From Roseibacillus sp. (lineage in GTDB: Bacteria; Verrucomicrobiota; Verrucomicrobiia; Verrucomicrobiales; Akkermansiaceae): 64,000 nucleotides of DNA. Below, one piece after another: positions 47,684-56,791 of this stretch. Location of the stretch: the NCBI GenBank assembly GCA_965242925.1, contig CBDEUM010000014.1:160001-224000 (forward strand), read 5' to 3'. How positions within the stretch are numbered: the first letter of the stretch is position 1; every line of letters begins with the position of its first letter. Made by a program: the position numbers and the translations under genes. The notes below the pieces were generated by a model. The model saw only the letters and a list, made by a program, of their open reading frames with translations. It was not told where the DNA came from and searched no databases.

Positions 47684-50078
47684 ATGCTCAACAAACTGCT
47701 GGGACTCGACCCTTCACAGGAAATCGATAAGTGGGACCTCGCCTTCCGGGGCGGCTCGCTCATTGGCCTTCTCCTCATCGTAGCAGCCATCTCTTTCGCG
47801 ATCTTTCTCTATCGTAGCGAGCAGCTGGTCACCAGCAGGCGACGCATAACCATGATTGCCCTGCAGGGGGCCGCCCTCCTCACCCTGATCCTGATCCTGA
47901 TGCAGCCCTATGCCAGGATCAAGATGAGCAAGGAATCCAAGAGCTCCATGATCGTCATGCTCGACACCTCACGCAGCATGTCCATCGAGGATCCCCGCAC
48001 CGCTGCTGAAGATATAGAGGAAGCCGCCAAGGTGCTTGGCAAGAGAGCCCTGGATGCTCCCGCCCTGGGCTCCGATGATGCAAGGAATCTGCAACAGGAA
48101 CTCGGCTCCGCCCGCCGGATCGACCTCGCCCGGGCCGCCCTTGAGCATGAGGACATGAAACTCCTCGACCAGCTTGAGGAGACTTACGACCTTCGGTTCT
48201 TCACCTTCGACTCCCAGCTGCGTGGAGAGGACCCACGGACCACCCCGGGAAGTGCCTCCGGGGATGATCCGGAAAGCGCCTCCCTGCCCGTGGCAGAGGG
48301 CACCTCTTCCCAGATCGGCAACGCTATTGAAGATGCCGTGGATCGTTTCTCGGGACAGCCGCTTGCCGGTGCCGTGGTCATCAGTGACTTCGCCTGGGTC
48401 GAGGGCAAGGATCCCGTCGACGTGGCCCGCAGGCTGAAGGAACGCCGCGTTCCCCTCTACACTGTTCCGGTCGGACTTCCTGCCCCACCCGACATTCATG
48501 TCCGTGGGGTGATCGCCCCGGAGGTGGTATTCAAGGGAGACCGCGTCCCCCTGCGGGTCAAGATCGAGTCCCGTGGCTTCGCCGGCAAGGCCGTCCAGCT
48601 CTACTTCCGGGTTAACGAAGACGAGAAGGAGAGCAAGCAGGTCACCCTCAAGGACGGAGTCCAGTTCGAGGAATTCATGTTCATCCCGGAGGAGGAATCG
48701 GGCACCTTGAAGCTCAGCTTCGAGATCAACCTGCAGGAAGGCGAGATTTCGGAGGTCAACAACTCCACCAGCCACAACGTCCGCATCCTCGATGAGAAAA
48801 TCAAGGTTCTCTATATCGAGGGCATGCCCCGGTGGGAATTCCGCTACCTGCGCTGGGTCCTCCTGCGCGATCCCCGCCTCCAGGTTCAGTTCCTCATGAC
48901 CCAGGGAGATCCAGCCCTCGCTGGCTCCTCTCCCCTGCACATAGGCCGCTTCCCGGAGGACCCCAAGGTCGCCCTGCAATACGACCTGATCATTCTCGGT
49001 GATGTCGCGTCGTCCTATTTCAATGCCGCCCAGACCCAGTTGATCGAGAAGCTCGTCCGCGAACGCGGGGGCTCGCTCCTGATGCTGGCTGGCCCCATGG
49101 CCGCTCCCTCCACCTATCGTGATAATCCCATCGGCGATCTCCTCCCCATCAATATCGGCACCGGAGGCACCTTCAATCCCGGCATCAACGTCTCCCCGGA
49201 GGTCACCGAGGACGGACAGAAGAGCCTCGCCACTTCCCTTTCCCTCGCGCCGGACGTAAGCGCGCGTATCTGGAGAAACGTCAAGTTCATGTCCCTCCCC
49301 CAGATCGCAGGAGCGAAATCAGGGGCCACCACTCTCCTGCGCCTGCCCAAGGCCAACGAGATTGATGCCGACTATCCGCTGGTAGCCTGGCACCGCTACG
49401 GGACCGGCAAGAGCCTCTTCGTCGCAACCGAGGACCTCTGGCGCATGCGTCTTGAAGTGGGCGACCGCTTCCATGCCCGCTTCTGGGGCCAGACCATCCA
49501 GTTCCTCACCCTCTCCCGTCTTCTGGGGGCCAACAAGCAGATCAGCATCGAGACCGATCGCAGCAGTTACAGCGCAGGAGACCAGATCCGCGTGTTCGCC
49601 AACGTCCTCACCGAATCATTTGAACCGGTGGAGGGTGAAAGTTACGAAGTGGTCCTCGAGGAGAAGGACAACCCGGACTCCTCCACCACCATCGAGATGA
49701 CCGCGGTGGAGAGTACTCCGGGCCTCTATACGGGTTCCTACCTCGCCAGCAAGGATGGCAACTTCGAGGTAAGTACCCAGCCTGAGGACGCCGATATTTC
49801 CAACACCGCCGAGTTCTCCGTCTCAACCGTCGACATCGAGGACCGGGAAACCTCCATGCAGACCGATGTCGCCAGGCAGGCCGCCGAGATTTCCGGAGGA
49901 CGTCAGTTGAGCCTGGCGGGACTCGGGGAATTTCCTGCCAGCCTTCCTCCGCGAGGAAACTACCGATAGTATCATCACGATCGAGAGGGAACTTTGGGAT
50001 ACGCCCCTGTGGTTTATCCTCATCGTCGCCTTCGCGGGCACCGAGTGGTTCCTGCGGCGCAAGGACAACCTCGTATAA
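47684..50078 (+). CDS. VWA + GATase1-like membrane protein, with a +1 frameshift near 49950
   Basis: N-terminal TMs; LDTSRSM MIDAS; VLYIEGMPRWEFRYL; GGSLLMLAG; FWGQTIQFL. ORF stops at 49969, but the family-typical TM tail ELWDTPLWF...EWFLRRKDNLV* is in the +1 frame and ends at 50078. Confidence 0.8.
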
Positions 50079-50113
50079 CAGAGAATCGAACCATTCACCA
50101 ACTGACCAGACCC

Positions 50114-51916
50114 ATGGCCGAAGGACACGACAGCAGTATCGAAGACAGGCTGCGACAAGCCCACCGGGAGGAGCGAAAGTGGTATAATATCCGTGGAGCT
50201 TCCCGGCTCATTCTATGGCTCATCGCCCTCCTCGCCGTCGACTTCCTCATCGACTGGGGCCTCTTCGCCAAGACCCAGATGTCCGGTGCGACCGGCCTGT
50301 CTCTCCTCCTTGTGAACATAGGAATCCTGGGATGGGTCGGCTGGCGCGAATGGTGGCGCCACCTGAGAAGTTACGACGCGCTCACCACCGCCCTCGAGGT
50401 GGAGAAACGTCATCCCGGCCTCAGCTCCCTCCTGGTCTCCTACATGCAGCTCGAGGACGGCCCTGCCGCGGACCAGGGTAATGTTTCGCAGGCCCTGATC
50501 AACGCCATGCGTGACCAGGCCATCGAGCTGAGCCGTCCGATCAACTTCCGGGACATCGTGGACCTCGGCCAGCTCCGCAGGATCGGTGGCGTGGCTGTTG
50601 TCATCTTCCTGGCCTTTGCCGTTCTCGGAATCTTCAACAAGGAACATGCCGCAACCCTGCTTAATCGTCTGGCCGGGGGAGACGCGGAATACCCCACCCA
50701 GACGATCATCACCAGTACCAGCCAGGATTCCGTCATCCGGATCGGGGACGAACCCGTCATTACCGCAACAGTCGACCAGAATGGCGAAGTCCCGGAAGAG
50801 GGGAAGCTCTTCATGAAGGAAAAGGGCTCGGACGACAATTGGAAGGACGTTCCCATGCGACCGGGCAGAAAGTCCGCCAACGAGTTCTCCTTCCAGCTCA
50901 AGCCGGTCGACCGGGACACGCTCTTCTACATCAAAATTGGTGATGACCGCAGTGACGAATACACCATTGATGTGATCACTTCCCCGCGAATCACGAAGTC
51001 CGATCTCGTCCTCCAGTATGCCGAATACATGAACCGGGAAGACGGCAGGAGCGATCAGCTGAACCTCGAGGTCCCGGAAGGTACTACCCTGAAATGGACC
51101 GTCTCCTGTGACACCCCGGTGAGTTCATGGGAAGTCTTGGTCCCCTCCGACTGGGGAGCTCCTGAGGCGGAGGAGGAAGCTGCTCCCGCCCCGGAATCCG
51201 AACCCAAACCCGAGTCCGGACAGACTGCTGACTCCGTCGAGGGCGAAGAGGCTCCCAGATTCCGCTCCATCCCCGCCGATCTGGACGAGAACGGAACGAC
51301 CGCCACCTTTGAGATTCCCATCGAAAAGGCCCTCAGGTATTCCTTCCGATGGACCGAAAAGGCAAACGGCTTCAGTTACGAGGACGTCCAGTATGGCGTC
51401 AAGGTCACCAGCGATGGACTTCCGGATGTTGACCTCCTCCAGCCCCGGGAGGTCGGATATGCCACCCAGACGAAGGTGGTGAAGATGCAGGCCAAGGGCA
51501 CCGACGATATCGGCCTCGACAAGGCCTGGCTGGTGTATTCTCTCAACGGGGCGGACGAAACCAAGGTCGAGATTTTCAATTTCGAGGGGGATATCAATAA
51601 AACCTTCGATTACAGCTGGAAACTGGCGGAAAGCATCAAGGAACTGAAGCCCACTGATCGCATATCCTTCGCGATTGAGGTGGCTGACCGGCATCCCGAC
51701 CGGGAAATCCACCTGCGACGCACGGCCCCGCGACAATTGACTATCGTTACTCCCGAAGCTTATCTAGAATGGTACCGAGCAGAGTACGGGTCGCAGATCG
51801 AAGAACTGAAGCGTTCCCGTAACCAGGAGCTGGCGGCCCAGAAGGCTGTCACCCAACTCCAGACCGAAGAAGGCATCGAACCCGAAAAAGAAGAAGATGA
51901 TGAAAGCGAAGAATAG
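50114..51916 (+). CDS. DUF4175-like membrane protein (N-terminal TMs, Ig-like domains)
   Basis: Three TM helices; A..VE..HP.L...LVS..QL motif; D..P.V.L..P...TDDIGL; ends by overlapping the next start codon. Confidence 0.7.
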   Translation: MAEGHDSSIEDRLRQAHREERKWYNIRGASRLILWLIALLAVDFLIDWGLFAKTQMSGATGLSLLLVNIGILGWVGWREWWRHLRSYDALTTALEVEKRHPGLSSLLVSYMQLEDGPAADQGNVSQALINAMRDQAIELSRPINFRDIVDLGQLRRIGGVAVVIFLAFAVLGIFNKEHAATLLNRLAGGDAEYPTQTIITSTSQDSVIRIGDEPVITATVDQNGEVPEEGKLFMKEKGSDDNWKDVPMRPGRKSANEFSFQLKPVDRDTLFYIKIGDDRSDEYTIDVITSPRITKSDLVLQYAEYMNREDGRSDQLNLEVPEGTTLKWTVSCDTPVSSWEVLVPSDWGAPEAEEEAAPAPESEPKPESGQTADSVEGEEAPRFRSIPADLDENGTTATFEIPIEKALRYSFRWTEKANGFSYEDVQYGVKVTSDGLPDVDLLQPREVGYATQTKVVKMQAKGTDDIGLDKAWLVYSLNGADETKVEIFNFEGDINKTFDYSWKLAESIKELKPTDRISFAIEVADRHPDREIHLRRTAPRQLTIVTPEAYLEWYRAEYGSQIEELKRSRNQELAAQKAVTQLQTEEGIEPEKEEDDESEE

Positions 51917-53747
51917 CCTATTACCCTCCCTGGCCATCGCCGCCACGGGCCTTCTGGCCTTTCCGGGCCTTGCCCAGGAGGAAGAGGACCGGGCCGACAG
52001 CATCGTAGGGACCAAGCAGCGCCTTGGGTCCGAGGTCAATCGGCAGAACGGCGTGGGCCGTCGTATGAATTCCGTTGTCCGGCGCCTCAGCTTTCTCCTC
52101 GAGGACCTGCAATCCAATGGACTCGCCGAGGAAGGCGGAGCAAACACCCTTAATGAAACCCGCAACTCCCTGGGGGGACTTCGCACCAAGAAGGTGGTGA
52201 CTGCCCGCGATGAGCTCGCCAATGCCCGTGAGAAGTTCCGCCCCGGTAAACCGGAGAACTCCCACCCTCATCTCGCGGAAGCGGGCAAGACCATTGAGGA
52301 AATCGTGGAAGAGCTCGGCAAGATCATCTCCGGCGCCAACACTGTCCTGGTCGACGATCTCCTCGTGAAGCAGGTCCGCGAGATCATCAAGACCGAGGAG
52401 TTCATGCAGCGCCAGACCAAGCAATGGGGGATCGAGGCCTACAGGAACAAGGATGCCGCCAAGGTTGACCAGGCTCGCCTGGGCCGCGCCCAGCAGGCGG
52501 TCATTGATCGCTACGGACAGTTTTTCCAGACTCTCGTGAAGGCCCGTAAGGAGGCCGTAGACGAAGAGACCCTGAGCCGGTTTGGAAGGGCTGAGCTCTC
52601 CCTCCTTGAGAGCAAACCCGTCCCGCACATGGCCCGTGCCATCGAGCAGATCGCCCAGACCAAGGCTGCCGACGCGGTGACGGACCAGGAGAAGGCTCTC
52701 GAGGCCCTCCGCGAGGCGGAGAAGATCCTGGCCGCGGAGTCCAGCGGAATGTCGGACCTCGTGGCGGATATCGCCCAGATCCTTGCCGACCAGAAGGATC
52801 TGCAACAGGATACCGTGCAGGCTGAGGGTGAGGTCTTCAAATCCGAGCAAAGCCAGCTGGAAGCCCGTCAGCTTGAGATCGGCATCCAGATCGAGGAAGT
52901 GGCCGAAGAACACCTTACGGAAGAAGCGACTCCCGATGCCGAGGATCCCCTGCGCGACGCCCTGACCGAGGCTGGCGAACACGTGGCTGTAGCGGCCGCC
53001 GAGATCAATACCGGCAACAAGGACGGCGGAATCAAGGCCCAGAGCGATGTCATCGCGGCCCTGGAACAGGCTCTCGCCGCTGCCGAGGCCGGGGCCGAGG
53101 CCGAACTCGGATCCGGTGATGGCCTTTCCGACGATGGAGGAGCCGGCGACGATGGATTTGGCGACGATGGATTTGGCGACGATGGATTCGGCGACGATGG
53201 ATTCGGCGACGATGGATTCGGCGATGATGGATTTGGGGCCGACGGAGCTGGGGCCGGAGCAGATGCTGGTGCCGGAGCTGGTGCCGGAGCTGGTGCTGGT
53301 GCTGGTGCCGGTGCTGGTGCTGGAGCTGGTGCTGGAGCTGGAGCCGGAGCTGGTGCTGGAGCTGGAGCTGGAGCTGGAGCCGGAGCTGGAGCTGGAGCCG
53401 GAGCCGGAGCTGGAGCCGGAGCTGGAGCTGGAGCTGGTGCTGGAGCCGGAGCTGGAGCTGGTGCTGGTGCTGGTGCTGGAGCTGGGGCCGGACAGGGCAG
53501 CGGACAGGGACAGGGACAGGGACAGGGTGGAGGGCAGGGGAAAGGTAATCCCCTCGACCTGCAGGAAAGTTCAGCAGCCGGAACCTCCTCAACCGTAGCC
53601 CAGGGAGACGCGGTGGCCCGCACCCGGCAATCCAGCAATTCTCTCACCCGGCGCAGACGCTCTGCTGCCATCCAGAATTATGTGCAACCTCTCCCGGCAG
53701 AGTTTCGGAAGATGGTTGCGGAGTATTATGAAGCCCTTGAGGAATGA
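51897..53747 (+). CDS. Exported coiled-coil protein with (GDDGF)6, (AG)38 and GQ low-complexity tracts and a DUF4175-type C-terminal helix
   Basis: Signal peptide MKAKNSLL...GLA; helical Q/E/A-rich body; repeats; C-terminal LPAEFRKMVAEYYEAL. Confidence 0.75.
   Translation: MMKAKNSLLPSLAIAATGLLAFPGLAQEEEDRADSIVGTKQRLGSEVNRQNGVGRRMNSVVRRLSFLLEDLQSNGLAEEGGANTLNETRNSLGGLRTKKVVTARDELANAREKFRPGKPENSHPHLAEAGKTIEEIVEELGKIISGANTVLVDDLLVKQVREIIKTEEFMQRQTKQWGIEAYRNKDAAKVDQARLGRAQQAVIDRYGQFFQTLVKARKEAVDEETLSRFGRAELSLLESKPVPHMARAIEQIAQTKAADAVTDQEKALEALREAEKILAAESSGMSDLVADIAQILADQKDLQQDTVQAEGEVFKSEQSQLEARQLEIGIQIEEVAEEHLTEEATPDAEDPLRDALTEAGEHVAVAAAEINTGNKDGGIKAQSDVIAALEQALAAAEAGAEAELGSGDGLSDDGGAGDDGFGDDGFGDDGFGDDGFGDDGFGDDGFGADGAGAGADAGAGAGAGAGAGAGAGAGAGAGAGAGAGAGAGAGAGAGAGAGAGAGAGAGAGAGAGAGAGAGAGAGAGAGAGAGAGQGSGQGQGQGQGGGQGKGNPLDLQESSAAGTSSTVAQGDAVARTRQSSNSLTRRRRSAAIQNYVQPLPAEFRKMVAEYYEALEE
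53145..53234 (+). repeat. 15-bp tandem repeat x6 encoding (GDDGF)6
   Basis: ggcgaYgatggattY units at 53145, 53160, 53175, 53190, 53205 and 53220. Confidence 0.95.
53265..53492 (+). repeat. Degenerate 6-bp tandem repeat encoding (Ala-Gly)38
   Basis: 228 bp of alternating GCT/GCC and GGA/GGT/GGG codons, in frame with 51897..53747. Confidence 0.95.
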
Positions 53748-54805
53748 ACACCCGACCACTTCGCACAACCACCGTGGCTGCCCTGACCGCAGCCTCCCTG
53801 ATCACCACCACTCTTCCCCTTGCCCGCGTCCAGGCACAGGATGAGGCCGCGCCTACCCAGACCGTTGGGGTAGCCCGGCTCACCCCTGAGGCCGAAGCCG
53901 CCATCACGAAGGGGCTGGCCTATCTCGCCAAGGACGGGACCCAGAACCCCGATGGCAGCTGGGGAGGATCCGGCAACCCGGTGGCAGAAACTTCCGTGGG
54001 ATTGATGGCCTTCATGCTGAAGGGCTATGTGCCGGGCCGTGGCGAGTATGGACGCCTGATGGACAAGGCGATCTCCTACCTCATCAACAAGGGCCGGGAG
54101 CAACGGGGCTTCATGGGGACTCCAAACAACCATGCCGGCATGTATGAACACGGACTTGCCGTTCTCGCCCTCTCCGAGGCCTGGGGTCAAAGCAAGAATC
54201 CCCGCCTGAAAACCGCCCTGCGCCGTGCCGTCGACATCATCCTGCGGGCCCAGAATGCGGAAGGAGGATGGCGCTATAACCCGGAACCCCGGGACGCCGA
54301 CCTCTCCATGACCGTCATGCACGTGGTCGCCCTGAATTCCGCCCGGGAAGCTGGCATCTCCGTCCCGGATGCCACCATCGAGAAAGCCACCAAATACGTC
54401 CTCTCCTGTCAGGATGAGGACAGCGGGGGCTTTCGCTACCAGCCCGGCGGCGGGGAACCCGGATTTGCCAGAACCGCAGCCGGGGTCATGTCCCTCATCA
54501 TGTGCGGGCAGCTCCGGCACAAGGCCACCCAGCGTGGGCTCGCTTTCCTCAAGGCCTATCCCGACCGTAAATTCGACAAGAACTATCCCCGTTTCCACTA
54601 CTCCCACTACTACGCGGTCCAGTCGATGTACCAGGCCGGCGAATCCGACTTCCAGGCCTGGTACCCGAAGATTGCGGCTACCATCGTCTCCAAACAGCAG
54701 CAGGACGGCAGCTGGGGCGGAGCTCACGGCACGGTTTACGGAACCGGATTTTCCATCCTCATTCTGGGAGTGCCTTACCGCTACCTTCCCATCTACCAGC
54801 GCTAA
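53744..54805 (+). CDS. Exported prenyltransferase/squalene-oxidase-repeat (alpha/alpha toroid) protein
   Basis: Signal peptide; QW-type repeats QNPDGSW, QNAEGGWRY, QDEDSGGFRY, QQQDGSW; MYEHG, DADLSMT, YLPIYQR end; ATGA overlap with the upstream stop. Confidence 0.85.
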   Translation: MNTRPLRTTTVAALTAASLITTTLPLARVQAQDEAAPTQTVGVARLTPEAEAAITKGLAYLAKDGTQNPDGSWGGSGNPVAETSVGLMAFMLKGYVPGRGEYGRLMDKAISYLINKGREQRGFMGTPNNHAGMYEHGLAVLALSEAWGQSKNPRLKTALRRAVDIILRAQNAEGGWRYNPEPRDADLSMTVMHVVALNSAREAGISVPDATIEKATKYVLSCQDEDSGGFRYQPGGGEPGFARTAAGVMSLIMCGQLRHKATQRGLAFLKAYPDRKFDKNYPRFHYSHYYAVQSMYQAGESDFQAWYPKIAATIVSKQQQDGSWGGAHGTVYGTGFSILILGVPYRYLPIYQR

Positions 54806-54886
54806 CGGTGAGTCCCTCCCGGCCGACGGGATTCACGGTTCCGGGGCAGACCGGAATCCATAGGGCCTGAGCCGCATCAGTCGCAT

Positions 54887-56791
54887 ATGATCCGCCTCCC
54901 TCACAGCGTCGCCATCGGCCTTCTCGCCGGTGCCTGTGCCTGGCTCCCGGCCGCACCACCACCGGCCGGAGCTGGCCGGATGCTACAGCAACTCGAGAGC
55001 GAGAGTTGGATTCAGCAGGCCGAAGCCCTCCACTATCTCGGCGAACACCGGGTGGAGCTGGCCGCTGATGACGTCCGGGCTCTGCTCAACGACAAACCCG
55101 TCCATTCCTGGATTCGTGGACGCGCCCTGCTCGCCCTGTCGCAGATCGAGAACGGGGTGAATCCCGGTGAATTCGGCAAGTGGGTCGCCCACGACCAGGG
55201 CGCTCTCCGCGCGGCCGCCGCCGAGGTGCTCGAACTCCACGGAGGCAACTCCGCAACGACCTGGATCGGGATCCTCCTGAAAGATGCCGATCCTGCCGTC
55301 AAGTGCCAAGCTGCCGCTGCCCATGCACGCCGGAAGAAGGGGGACGCCTGGGCGGTGGTCGATCAGCTCACCACCACACCAGACCCAACCCTCGCCCGGG
55401 CCTCGGCCCGGGCCCTGGCCTTCACCGGCAACGAGGCCGCCCTCACCCGTCTGGCCAAACAACTCGCCACCCCCGGACTGATCCGCGAGTCGCTTCGTGG
55501 GATCAGTGATATCCAGAGCGCCCCCCTCATTCCGATTCTCCTCAATCTCCTCCCTGACCTCGAGGAAACCGACCTCAACTACGCCGCAATTCTTACCGGA
55601 CTGCAGAATCAGGAATGGAAGAAGGTCACCGCTGGCATGGCTGATTTCATCAAGAGCGGCGACGAAAAACGCGTGCGTAGCGCTGCCCGCCTCATAACCA
55701 CCCTCACGCGTTCCCCGGAACTCGGTCCCCCTCTTCGCGAAGCCCTTGCTGAGGCCACCCAGACCGAGACGATCGAGGCGGGCCTGATCGCCCTCGGTTC
55801 CGCGGCCATGAATCCTGACGAGCACCACCAGTTCTTCGGCAAAACCCTCAAGCACGAGGAATCCTCCATCCGCTCCCTCAGCATCCGCTGCCTGGCCCAT
55901 TGCAAGGAAATCAACCACTACGACATCCTGCGCGAGAGTCTGGTCGACGAGGATCCCGAAGTGATCCGGGCCGCTCTGAGCGCACTCAAGCGCCAACCGG
56001 CCGTGAACGCCCCCCAGGGCAGGCTCGTGGCCTACCTCGAAGCTCCCCTCTCCAGCGACGACGAGACCGTCCGCGCCCTGGCCTATGAAGTCCTCGCCCA
56101 CGCAGGAAGTGAAGCGGACTTCCGCCCCGCTATGGCCGCGTTGGAGGAACTCCTGACCGGCAAGGATGAGATCCTGCGTGCAGCCGCAGCCAAGGCGCTC
56201 GGCGCTCTGGCCCCGGAAGACCAGATCGGAGAAGTGGTGGCGGCCCAGGGATATCTCGCCCACTGGATGGTGATCGGCACCTTCCTCAATGACAAGGAAC
56301 ACAAGGCTTTCCACGAAGTACACGAACCGGAAAAGGAAATCGACTTTGAGAAAAGCTACAAGGCGACCTACATCTGGCTCCTCGAAGGCCGCAGCGACAA
56401 GCCCATTGAGCGCGAGGTCACCTGGGGCGAGGGCATCGTCGACCGGACCGACGGCAAACTTGCCATGTCCTCCCAGCTTCCCCCACCCGGATCATTCGCG
56501 GTGGGCTACGCGGTAGCCGACATCCACGTGGACACCGCGAGGGAGGTCACCCTCGACGTTGACGGTGACGACGCTTTCCGCATCTGGCTTAACGGTGAGA
56601 AAATCTCGGAGAAGATCGCCCCCTACCAGCACCGCAAGGACTGCATCGCCGAACACAAGGGCCTGCAGGTCAAGCTCGTGGCCGGAACCAACCGCTTCAT
56701 CGTCAAGTCCGCCAATGTGGACTATCGTTGGTGGGTGCGCCTCCGGCTCACCGATTCCAACGGGATCCCGATTCCCTTCCGAACACCATGA
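54887..56791 (+). CDS. Exported HEAT-repeat protein with C-terminal PA14-like jelly-roll domain
   Basis: Signal peptide; repeated D.D..VR.AA..AL helices; WMVIGTF.N...DDAFRIWLNG...L..G.NRF.VK. Confidence 0.78.
   Translation: MIRLPHSVAIGLLAGACAWLPAAPPPAGAGRMLQQLESESWIQQAEALHYLGEHRVELAADDVRALLNDKPVHSWIRGRALLALSQIENGVNPGEFGKWVAHDQGALRAAAAEVLELHGGNSATTWIGILLKDADPAVKCQAAAAHARRKKGDAWAVVDQLTTTPDPTLARASARALAFTGNEAALTRLAKQLATPGLIRESLRGISDIQSAPLIPILLNLLPDLEETDLNYAAILTGLQNQEWKKVTAGMADFIKSGDEKRVRSAARLITTLTRSPELGPPLREALAEATQTETIEAGLIALGSAAMNPDEHHQFFGKTLKHEESSIRSLSIRCLAHCKEINHYDILRESLVDEDPEVIRAALSALKRQPAVNAPQGRLVAYLEAPLSSDDETVRALAYEVLAHAGSEADFRPAMAALEELLTGKDEILRAAAAKALGALAPEDQIGEVVAAQGYLAHWMVIGTFLNDKEHKAFHEVHEPEKEIDFEKSYKATYIWLLEGRSDKPIEREVTWGEGIVDRTDGKLAMSSQLPPPGSFAVGYAVADIHVDTAREVTLDVDGDDAFRIWLNGEKISEKIAPYQHRKDCIAEHKGLQVKLVAGTNRFIVKSANVDYRWWVRLRLTDSNGIPIPFRTP

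Noticed and set aside
49994..50113. Upstream extension of the DUF4175-like ORF given in the ORF track
   Set aside because: Overlaps the frameshifted tail of the previous gene; ATG 50114 is the more plausible start.
53145..53492. Possible CRISPR array
   Set aside because: Head-to-tail coding repeats with no unique spacers, and no cas genes in the window.
52868..53671. Poly-(Pro-Ala), poly-(Glu-Leu) and poly-(Gln-Leu) ORFs over the repeat
   Set aside because: Alternative-frame readings of the (Ala-Gly) tract. The operon frame is the one with a signal peptide, a conserved C-terminus and only synonymous variation.
53744..54805. Squalene-hopene cyclase (shc) call
   Set aside because: About half the expected size, has a signal peptide and lacks DxDD.
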